NCBI GenBank assembly: GCA_951406725.2
Contig: OX597819.1
Location: 118,544,001 to 118,608,000, forward strand
DNA from: Octopus vulgaris
Taxonomy: Eukaryota
Direction: 5' to 3'
DNA: 64,000 nucleotides
Position numbers and translations under genes: made by a program. Shown here one piece after another: positions 53,301 to 64,000 of this stretch (position 1 is its first letter; each line of letters begins with the position of its first letter). Below the pieces are notes generated by a model. The model was not told the origin of the DNA, did no database searches, and was given only the letters and a program-made list of their open reading frames with translations.

Positions 53301-55651
53301 ATACGACTTTCGCCCAGCGCGCTAACGTTTCTGGCATATATATATATATATATTTATATATATGGTACTCTTCTTTGCACTATGCCTTGGTTCTCTTCTC
53401 TGGACTATGTCGTTATATATATTGCAGAATTCATACATTATTCCAAATTTAAAACGCTTTGTTTTGTTGTAATATATTGCGTATATTCCGGGGAATTCCA
53501 ACATTTTTGACTCTGCAATGTTCAAAGCAAGCGAAGATGATGTGAATGAATATATCAATCATGAGCAAATAAAATCGGAAGAAGTTGAGTAAGGTTTATT
53601 CCACATTTGATGGTTACATTTTTCATGAGATAAAAGTATCTCCCGAAACAGTTTCTTCCTTTAATCTGATGATTACTTGTCAGGTTGTCATAGAATGTTG
53701 TAGCTGTGCAGATTTCCTATACACTTATACCAAAGATGTCTAGAGATTAAAAGGGGAAAATATAAATAAAGCCTAACCTATGAAATGTATGCGCCATTAT
53801 TCCTATGAGATTCACTCAGAAAATAAATAAATATATTTTCCCTCATACACTTACACATAAGTACATGCATTTATAGAAGCGACACAATCATGAATGAAGA
53901 TCATTCTTTATTTTGTACTCTGTTACTAGCGTGAGTTTATTGTATTAAGCATTTCAAATTATAATATTATGATGGCTAGTAAAAGTAGAAAACACATACT
54001 TGTTAAATTTGGCTTCGCTGCATTTTATACTAAAAGAGATGAAAACAAAATAAATAATATGGTCTTCCAAAGTATATTCTTTATTGCTTTTGTGCTATTC
54101 AACTTCTATGGATGTATTCTTGGTTACTTTAAAAGTAGGGAAACCTCAACTCACACAATAGACATATATATGGCTCAATAACTATATAATAACAGAGAGA
54201 AGTAGTATTCCTGTTGTCATATAAATGCAAAAGTGACTTTCATAATTTTATGGCAACTGACTTAAGTGAGTTCCCAACCCAACCATCAGCAATATATTTT
54301 CTCTACGTCGTCATGTGAGTAGATTTATGAATTTATGGTGTTTCAGTCTTGAATAGACTTTTCGTTTCAATGCTTTTGTATTAATAAAACTTTCATCATT
54401 ATCGTTGTCGTCGTCGTCGTCTTCTTCGTCTCCACCTTCGTCATCGCCATCGCCCACGCCGACATCATCATTTTGTACTCTTCCTCATTCTTCACTTCTC
54501 GTTCTCTTCCTGTTTTACCTCCTCCTCCTCCTTCACATTTTCATTGTCCTTTAATGAATTCCTTTATTTTTGCTTTTCAGTTAAACAATCTTGATCAATA
54601 TATATGATAGTGAACACGGCAAATGAGAAACAGTATGACATGAATGTGATTGAACATACGCTGTTAGGAGCAAAGTAGTAAATATTCCAAAAATGAATTA
54701 AAATCTTGATATTTTCACCCAAAATATTACTTAGTCTGTGTCAGTAAAAAAAAAAACATGTGGTTTTATATGCAGTAATGATTAGCTAGATATGCATGCG
54801 TTAGATATAAATACGAGACTTGTAACAGCAAATTTATATCAAATAAAAGGGCTCTGATCTTTATATGGATTATTAAATAAAGTTAAAAGGAACGAATGTT
54901 CAATTGAGAGGTAAGGGTTCTTTCTGAAATAAAATGAGAAAATTGCATCAGATGTAAGATATATTATTTCCTGTTAAATTATGTAACATTGATTTTCGAG
55001 CTAATGTATCAATATTTCATTGATTTCGAAGCCAATAGATCGTGCCATTTCGGTTGGCATTTGCCGTGTCAAATCGATTGTATTAATCAAACAATTAACC
55101 TTGTTATCATGCGTGTCATACATGATTTGATAGATTCTTTAGCGATCACAGCCCACAGATATTAAATATAAAATCAGAGGAATTATACTCCTATTAAATA
55201 TACATCAGTTAAACTCTATTTCAATTAAATATTCTGAAATCGCTGAATTATAACGCACATTTCGTACAAGGCAATAGTTAATGTATATTTTCATTAAATA
55301 TGATATATTAAGCGAAGTATATTGTCATGAAAATATAATTTATTAGGGAATTATAACCCCCTTTAAATAACATGCAACAAATCAAATTTATTCCAGTTAA
55401 ATATGCTATATATTGGAATACTAACTGCTGAAGCGAATTGTAACATTTCAATTGCAATGTCGCTTTAATATTTATGGAGGAAATTAGGCGGCCTTTAAGT
55501 TGGCACTAGCGCTATTACAATTCAGACAAGCCACTGAGTGATCATTAGCCTTCTTAGAATTAAGAGAAATGTTCCCCCGTTCATAATCTAATAACCACTA
55601 TGAAATAGCAGTTTCGTTTTCCTCACATTGTACTCTGCAGTCATCGGAAAG

Positions 55652-55691
<40 letters not shown>

Positions 55692-55992
55692 AGAAAAAAA
55701 AAAACATTTGATAATGTATCTGGACAAATTAGATGATGAATAGGTAAGGATTAAGAATTGATATGTAGAACTTTCTTTCGATATCGTATATTTGCCTAAT
55801 TCGTTATGTATTGCCCAAGATACTGATTGATGTAAAATACTTTACTGATTTCCTAAATTATTGTCACTGATTAACTATTGCGCTACTGTCTAATTTGTTA
55901 ATTTGTATACTCTAAGATGAGTGTAATAACTTTATAATTATCACATCTCCATGGAATGCTATTTGGGTTAACTGACTATGTTTAGGATTTCA

Positions 55993-56260
55993 CAGTTCTA
56001 TATTTAAGAGATGAGGAATTATTATGTACATTATTTACATTCGACGGATATCCGTCCTCATCTTGTTTGCTGTTAACACAACGTTTCGGCTAATATACCC
56101 TCCAGCCTTTTTCAGGTGTCTTGGTAAAATTTCGAACCTGGTTCTCATTCCTAAGTATTTTTGTGGTGTTATTATTATTATTGCTGTTATTGTTGTTTTT
56201 ATTGTTCAGATCACTGCTTGGAATCGAACTCGGAATATTGGGGTTTATCCACTACTCCAT
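55993..56260 (-). mobile_element. tRNA-headed hammerhead-bearing SINE-like element
   Basis: Minus strand A-box TGGAGTAGTGG (56249-56259), B-box GAGTTCGATTCC, (AAT/AAC)n linker, and HHR at 56075-56120 (core CTGAAAA, mutated). Confidence 0.8.
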
Positions 56261-57530
56261 ATGTATCATAAAGAGCAAAAGACAATTCAAGTCAATGAAA
56301 ACTCTTCTTACACAAGCCCAGGTACATTCGTCAGCGTCATCGAAGCCGTCAGTAAAAAAGTGCAGAAGAACTGACTTGTTGTTGTTAAACATCAAGACGG
56401 GTAAGGGTGATTAGGTGATGGGCTAGGACTTAGGGGCGGGAGACTCCAGACCTTGGGAAAAAACACTTTGGTCGTCTTGTTGTAGTCGAGGGCTCTTTGT
56501 TGACGCCCGAGACTACTGGGAGGTGACCCTCGAAGTCGCTGGAAATGGTAATCGCCAGGTCCAAATTCTTGAACGGCAGAAGAACTGACTGTATATTTGT
56601 CAACCTAGTTGACGGATTGGAGTTCTGCTTCAAACAGGGTCAAAATTTTCAGTGAAGAACAAGTTCACATGTGCTTCGGAAAACCTAATATACGTGCTAA
56701 GTTGCTCAGCGTGTTGAGAGCAATACATATACCAAACCAAACTCAGTCTACGCCACAGGATGACCCTATATAGATCCTACATTAAAATTCGAGAATACAG
56801 AAAACTAGCAATAATTGAACATACCGACATTTGCATCACTAGCGAACAATGGCAACTTCAAAATTTGTCCCCTTTATAATTGGAGTGACAATGTAACCTA
56901 TAGTCTGCGCATTAGCGAAGTATACTATTTTATCGCAAAATATTAACTCCTTTTGAATGCTTCGACCACAGATAACACTACTACAAGGAACTTAGAATAA
57001 TACCCACGCAAATATTAAAAACGATATATTCAGGACAGTCACTACACATGAATTTATTCAGAACAATTACAATCACTACAGCTACAACCAAAACAGGTAA
57101 TTTGACAATTGAAGAAAAGTCTACAACCATCATACCACTCCCATCTTTTTCTTTTATTCTTCTGTTCTCCTTGGTTCTTTCTTTCTCTTATTCCTCTTAC
57201 CGTCCCCTCCCTCGATTGCTGCTGCTGCTTAAGCAATCAAAATCCAGATACAATATCCCTCATATTAACTTTTCCTACAGAGCCTTTCCAAAAATAAAAG
57301 AGAGGCAGACAGAAAAAAAAATGGAAATGTCCTACCTATTTCCAGAGTATGGAAATATTTTAAAAATCGCATTTCATCTAAGTTTTTCACAATTTTATTG
57401 GTTTTTATAGTTTGTTTTCTACTTTATTCTGATTTGAAAAAGACGAGAAGACTGAAACCCGGTGCTAAAATGTTCTTCATATTAAAATTATTTTAGCATT
57501 TTCTACTTTGTCTTATTTTCGTAATATATC
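56261..57530 (+). mobile_element. Penelope-like (Neptune-type) 3' fragment: Cys finger + GIY-YIG + 3' region
   Basis: IIKSKRQFKSMKTLLTQA..SVKKCRRTDC, NKFTCASENLIYVLSCSAC*EQYIYQT..LRHRMTL, and FKICPLY...RISEVYYFIAKY*LLLN. Confidence 0.85.
56377..56575 (-). mobile_element. 199-bp retroposed insertion with (CAA)n tail
   Basis: 15-bp TSD GCAGAAGAACTGACT at 56362-56376 and 56576-56590. Confidence 0.8.
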
Positions 57531-57544
57531 TATATATATATATG

Positions 57545-59440
57545 AAATTGAAAAATATATGAAATTGAAAAACGAAAATACACACACTTTATATAATTTT
57601 AATGTAATTTTTTAATATATCGACCAGTTTCGCTTTCGGTATTCATGATATTATGATTCAATTATTTGAATATGCATTTTCTTCAGAAGAAATTTTTGTC
57701 CATGTTGTGTGTGGTAATATTTACAAGTGAATGACTTCTCAAGTAGAAAAAATAATTGGAGGTAATTGGTTATCGTTATTATTGTTGTTGGTGTTGTGGG
57801 CAAGGGAGATAACTGTTCAGCTTTCGGTAAGGGGAGGGGAATGGACAACAATTTAGGTTGTAAATCCTTCTTTAGTTGGGGATGTCTGAATTCGTGGATG
57901 CTGAGTTGTAGGGCACGTTGAGAACCCCTATCAATAAGTGATATTTGGTAGTTCCTGCCGGTGAGTATATGTTTAGCACAGGTAGTCGTGTGTCCTTGGT
58001 GCATATATTAGATGCTACAGTACTAATCCTTTTTACTAGGTTGAAGGGGTTATTAATTTTATTGTATCTGGGGTGGCATGAGTTGAAGGGTAGATATTTA
58101 TAGTATATATGACATCACAGAAATAGTCACGAATAGTAGTCTTCATGGGGTGTATTTACTTCTATTTCGGACTAACGATTCGTCGTCGTTGTATCTGTCG
58201 TAATTCAATAACGTCCTCTTTGTTGTTTGTTCCTTCTCGAGCCATTCCTGGCTCATAAGGGCCTGTTTCTTGACGTATAGGTTCTCCACCTGGACAGGAC
58301 TCCGGTCCGTTGCAGTTGAGCTGTAAGATGCAGGAGGAAAGAGTGAGAGAAAGTTGTGACGAAAGAGTCAGCAGAAGTTCGCCATTACCTTCTGCCGGAG
58401 CCGCGTGGAGCTTAGGTGTTTTCGCTTATAAACACACACATCGCCCGGTCTGAGATTCGAATCCGCGATCCCTAAACCGCGAGTCCACTCCTCTAACCAC
58501 TAGGCCATGTGCCTCCACACACTAACGTCCTCTTTCTGCAACGTCTTCTTTCATTTCGCTGTAATTAGGGCACTGAGGAGGGTGAGTGTAAATTTGAGTC
58601 CTTTGTAGATTATGTTGATTTGGTTTGGAGTTAGTTCTTTGTGAGTTAGATTGACGACTTTTATTACTTTTGGTTTCTTCTGTCTGTCTTGTGCTATCTC
58701 GTAGTCCTGTGTTTGCGTACTAGTGCTAAAAATGATTGGGGTGATTGGGACGGTAGCTGTTATGTAGTTGTGTCCTGATGATGTGGAGAACCCTGGTGTT
58801 GTGATTTATGCGACGGGTTCTTGGATGGGTCCCTATACGTCATGTTCGGGTGTGGTCCTTTGCAGAGCCGCTGTTGGTAATTATTTGGTGTGGTACTGTT
58901 TCGTTGTACGTGGTTGTTAAGTGGATCGTTGGAATAACAGTTCCGTTGGTATATTCTTGTGGGAGTGGGGGAGTTGTAATGTATCTCCGGCTGATAGTGA
59001 CCTTTTGTTTCTCTGTTTAATGCTGGGGTGCTCCTATTGTTAGGTTAGGTCCTGCATTATTTCCTAGTAGGGTAAGTGGTTCGGTTTTTTTTAGATAGGT
59101 ATCAGTCGCTGTTTGAGTGTTGTTTTGATTTTCTTCTTTTTAAGAAAGTGTTATTAGAAGCATGTACTGTTTGAAAGACAGTTCCATAGTCTGAAAACCA
59201 AGTGGCGTTTTTATCCCAGTATTGGAGTGCTTTCAGTTCTTCTTTCTGACAATCCTTTTCCCACTATTTGGAGTTCTTCTGTAGGTCGGGGCTTTTGTAA
59301 TTTTGTTAATGTTTTCGTTCATTTCTTCCTCAATGAATTTTAATTTATCTTCATTCGTCTGCTTACTCAATTTTAGAAGCTATATTTCCATCATTTATTC
59401 CAGTTCCATTTCTTCCCTGAGGCTTCTTTGTAACTCAGAT
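57545..59440 (-). mobile_element. Penelope-like element, internally deleted
   Basis: KVVNLTHKELTPNQINIIYKGLKFT (PLE N-terminal motif) and YLPFNSCHPRYNKINNPFNLVKRISTVAS (post-RT). Decayed HHR-like motif at 57617-57651 at the 3' end. Confidence 0.8.
58222..58522 (-). mobile_element. SINE (418-type head, third tail type) nested in the PLE
   Basis: 13-bp TSD TAACGTCCTCTTT at 58209-58221 and 58523-58535. A-box TGGCCTAGTGG and B-box GATTCGAATC. Confidence 0.9.
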
Positions 59441-59483
59441 TTATCTATATGTTTGTATATGTATACACACATACATACATAAT

Positions 59484-59577
<94 letters not shown>

Positions 59578-59579
59578 GT

Positions 59580-59735
59580 AATTTCCTGAGTTCGATTCCC
59601 GTGCCGAGTTCTGAAGCGTACTTGAAGAAAGACACTTTCTTTTTAAGTTCGTTCAGTTCGCGTAAATGTAGAAATGAGTTGTGACGTCACTGGTGCCAAC
59701 GTGTATCGACATCTATCTTTCTCTTGGGTAACATA
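59580..59735 (+). mobile_element. Degenerate SINE fragment
   Basis: B-box GAGTTCGATTCCC followed by an aagacacttt..aaatgagtt body. Confidence 0.5.
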
Positions 59736-62374
59736 TAAGTAAATGTCTGTGTGTGTGTAAATATTTCTATATTTGTAAACCCATTTGTCTTTTCAGGTAT
59801 ACATATGTAAGTGTTTCCGTAGATGTTTTTGTGTTCTTTCTACGTATGCATACCGAAGTATGTATATATTCTTAGTGCATATATATAATGTACTACTACA
59901 GAAAATATGAAAGGAAACCTATTTATATGAGCCTAGGTCAAAATTAGTGATTAAATTTCAGTGAAATATAAATTGTATTCCGTAATCTAAATATTATCAT
60001 CAAACTATAAATGAGCATATAGGAAATTAGAACTCATAATCATACGAAATCGATTTAGAATATTTCTTATCGTTTATTACGGCGATTGAATCTAATTGTG
60101 AATAATCGTTCTGAATTCCACCGCTTCCTACGTCTCTCTAACATACTTTTATATTGTTTCTGTTTCCCTGTGTGACTCTCTCTTCCTTATATATATATAT
60201 ATATGCGTCTGTATGTGTGTGTGTGAACTGGTCTGAGTATGTGCGTGTGTATATCTGTCTCTCTGTATGCATGTACGTACGTATGTATAATAATCTTAAT
60301 TGGTGGGTGAGAGATGAGTCTTAATTTGTTGGCACGATAATCATGAAAAATTGAACGAACACCTGAACTTATTTCACTATATATATATATTTTTTTTTTT
60401 TACGCAGAATCAGATACATCTCATTAACTTCTATAAGATTTAAGCATTTTTATGAGTTTATATCTAGGCAATATTTATTCATAATTTTTATCAACATTTA
60501 TTTAAAAATATATGAAGTTTTACCGGTATTTGAAAATTTTAATAATTCCTTTCACTTTTTGAGTACTGCTGTACAAGTTTGCCTTTGATTTTGTTTTTGG
60601 TTATGTGAACATGTTGAGGAAGATTATTATGATCTTAATAATTATTAACAAAACTAAAGAAATATGTATATATCAATGGATGTTTTGCAATATTGAGAAG
60701 CAAACTCATATTTCACATCCTCAAAATATAGATTGCAGGTACCTCATGCACGGTTATGGACAGATTCGATCTCATATTTGCTAGTGAATTACGAATACGA
60801 CAGAGTTTGACTCAGAATACAATGAATATAAGCATTCAGGAAAATTTGCTAAAAGAAAATTTGAAGACAAAATATTATTTAAACTTTACTAATAATTTTT
60901 CAATGCCAATTTTAATTCGATTTTCTTTGCAATAAATATTTGCAAAGTTTGAAAAATTTATGAGTCGTTTAAGAATAACATCTCAATTATGCAATCGTTT
61001 TCTCTGCAAAATATTAAAATGAACGGATATGCAATTCATTGTGATTTTCCGTGCAACGAAATGTAAATTTGGGATATGAAGTGATACGGAGCTACACATA
61101 TTTGTCAAAATGCTTTATCGAAAGAAAATGCCCGTCTACGAGACGTTATTATACAAGAGGGGATTGGAAATTACACGTATAAGTTTTGCCGATGATGTAG
61201 ATGTCCGATTACAGATATATGTAAAAGAGTTAAGGCCTGGGAGGATGACTATCTTTTACTCCTTAAGTGATGTATTTGTGTCGACAAAATTCAAGCTACT
61301 CAGTCAATGATATTTCTGCAAACCTTATCGTTCATACGTAGTCAATGCATCTACAGATGAAGAGTAACGAAGTAGTAGGAATGTCATTGTAATATGGTGT
61401 TTAAAGGCAATCAATTTTTTGCGACCTGCGCTTATCTGAGCAAAGCGTTGTGCCAGTTACGAATCAGGTAATTGTTATAGAAGGGCAGGAGATCAAGTGG
61501 GATAAAAACCGTTTTAACTTATCCTCATCTAACCCCACGAGGAGCAACCAAAATAACAGCTTGTTTTATTCAGTCGATATTCGAGAAAATATGCTAATTG
61601 TATACGCTCCAAAGATGGACCACTACCCAATATTTTGCACAGAAAACGCACACATAAATGTATACGAATATATTTCTGCGTGTATCTTATTAAATATGCT
61701 TTATTTCCATGTCCATGATTGCAGGTAAAGACAATTGTGTGATGGGGGACATATCCCTTGTGCACAGTGATAGAATATTGTATTGTCTTGAAAACCAATA
61801 AGGCATGGTAAAATAAAAGCGTTTTTTAAGCTTTAAAACCAAATTCAGTTATTATTATTATTTCGCAATAGTAAAATAAAACTAAATTATTTTAAATGCA
61901 CGACTACGTACATATAATTTGATGATTTCGTGATTTCCTGATTTCGTTCTCTAAGCTACATTACACTATGGTGGGTAACTTAAGATTTACTGTTCGCATT
62001 TTAATATGATTTTATATGCTTTTATTCTTATTTATTGTACTGCAACATGATTGTATGTGATTTTAACGGTCTTCTAGTGATTTTACGATAACAGGATTTG
62101 TGGCAGGCAGATGTAAAATCGTGTAAAATGTCTTAACTTGATTTTTATTTTTCTATATATTGTTTCTGAAAACCGACGTATAATCGTGGACGATTTAAAT
62201 CGACACAACTTAACGCTGCAGATTTCTTTCGGATAATCATATATGAGTATATACGAGTAGAGGATTTCTAGAAATTTAGTTTACTTTTCAAACTCGCTTC
62301 ATGTCACTCTCGTTATTTTGCGTGTGTGTTTATGTGAGTGTATCTGTTTGTGTGTGTGTGTGTGTGTTCGTGAG

Positions 62375-62405
<31 letters not shown>

Positions 62406-62444
62406 TTAAATCGTTAAATTAAAAGTTTAAATCGTTAAAGTTTA

Positions 62445-63135
62445 AAAGATGCGGCCATCTTGGGAAACAACCTTTCACTGCGTTACAGAATTATTTAAAA
62501 ACCTCCTCTGATATGTGGCATTTGGTGAATAAAGTAGTTTGATGCAGCTGCCTTATTTGAATTTCCTGCTGTGAGGTAGGCTCATCTGGAAACCTTGACG
62601 GGAAGAGATCCATTTTGTCTTCTTTTTTTAAGACAGCCACAACCACACCATGCAGATCTCTCACGCATTTCGAAAGGATATTCAAGAGCTGTTGGCCTTT
62701 CAAACACAAGTTGTTCCAGTATCCGGTCCTCTATTTTGATGGAGATGCTGGGACCTTTGGCACTAAGCATTGGCGCTCCGTTTTGCTTTTTGTATAAATT
62801 TCAATGATAATGTTTGGTGCAAGACATAGGATTTTTCGGATATATATCCCTGCATGTCCCTCCCGCCTTCATCCTATGTAAAAGATTATAATTCTTTCAG
62901 TCTTTCCCGGTAGCTGACCATAGTTGTGAGCAGTAGTTCAAGCAGCTGAGGATATATGCTTCAAATGTACCATCATTGTCACCTTTTATTGTGTTTTGAA
63001 ATTTCGGACGATCCATCCAGCTGGCCGCTTATATTTTCTTGCCAAATTAGCAATATGTACTTGGAAAGATTCATCATTGCACACGTTAATGCCCAGCTTA
63101 GGCACTGGTTTTGCAATTTTGCCTGTGCCAGTATA
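62445..63135 (-). mobile_element. Decayed CR1/L2-group LINE 3' fragment
   Basis: LGINVCNDESFQVHI..GWIVRNFKT, LNYCSQLWS, SYRERLKEL, and GQQLLNILSKCVRDLHGV..MDLFPSRFPDEP. Confidence 0.75.
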
Positions 63136-63225
63136 TCCTATCTGAATGTCATTCAGCTTTATACACACACATATATATATATATATTTATATATTTTGCA
63201 AGGAATTTTGTGGTGTCATCGGCAC

Positions 63226-63311
<86 letters not shown>

Positions 63312-63537
63312 TAGCTAATATGAAATAGTGAGATTAATTTCCCAACACCGCATTGGTGGAGGTTTTGTTCATTCTTTTGTGTTTCCATCAAAATTGGAGA
63401 TGGGTATCAAGACTTCTATGTGGCACACTGAACACTTATGAAGAGCTCGGTATATGAAACTATTGGTTGCTACGATGACTTACTTAGCCATATAAATCTT
63501 GCCCCTAAAATCACCATATATCTTCCAACGATTATGA

Positions 63538-63584
<47 letters not shown>

Positions 63585-63629
63585 CAAACACACACACATA
63601 CATACACACACGCACACACACACACACAT

Positions 63630-63722
<93 letters not shown>

Positions 63723-63787
63723 CATACATACATACATACATACATAGATAGATATACATACATATCATGTCAGATGTGTTATATTCA

Positions 63788-63840
<53 letters not shown>

Positions 63841-64000
63841 TGAGTGCATGTGTGTATGTATATGTACAAAACAAATTGACTAAGACAGTGAGCGAAGGAC
63901 TGATAGATAGATAAATATAGATAGATTGATAGACTGACAGACATCACGGGAGAGGGATAGCAACAAGATGAGGAGAATGCAAAGAGAGAGAGAGAGAGAG

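Noticed and set aside
54480-54610. Polypyrimidine tract ending ttttcag, a possible splice acceptor
   Set aside because: No supportable downstream coding exon or donor site.
56707-56720. In-frame TGA after CxxC in the PLE GIY-YIG (selenocysteine, as in some Naiad PLEs?)
   Set aside because: The copy has other stops and frameshifts, the position is not a Cys site, and no SECIS was recognised.
60990-61800. Higher-complexity stretch with short ORFs
   Set aside because: No recognisable motif, stops in all frames, and no consistent splice signals.

Overview
AT-rich eukaryotic non-coding DNA, dense in microsatellites ((TA)n, (CA)n, (AAT)n, (TAGA)n, (AG)n). The SINE families suggest an octopus/coleoid cephalopod, which is an inference from recalled consensus sequences. 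I found no host protein-coding exon I can support, and almost all listed ORFs are microsatellite translations. The window is a mosaic of mobile elements: about 20 tRNA-headed SINE copies (several with target-site duplications), a young 5'-truncated CR1/L2-type LINE, decayed CR1-type and R4/Dong-like LINEs, three Tc1/mariner relics (one in a 907-bp tandem duplication), a probable Chapaev3-like relic, and four Penelope-like (Neptune-type RT/GIY-YIG) fragments. The main hidden signal is about 12 minimal type I hammerhead-ribozyme (HHR) motifs, mostly with short palindromic stem III, from at least six unrelated sequence families. They occur at the 3' ends of coding Penelope-like fragments, in a tRNA-headed SINE-like family (3 copies), in a 482-nt retrozyme-like unit with 114-bp direct repeats, and in short inserts within (TA)n tracts. 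The window also holds two long fold-back elements and a pair of ancient ~1.5-1.6-kb coding-like pseudogenised blocks of unknown family. All alignments and folds were done by eye.
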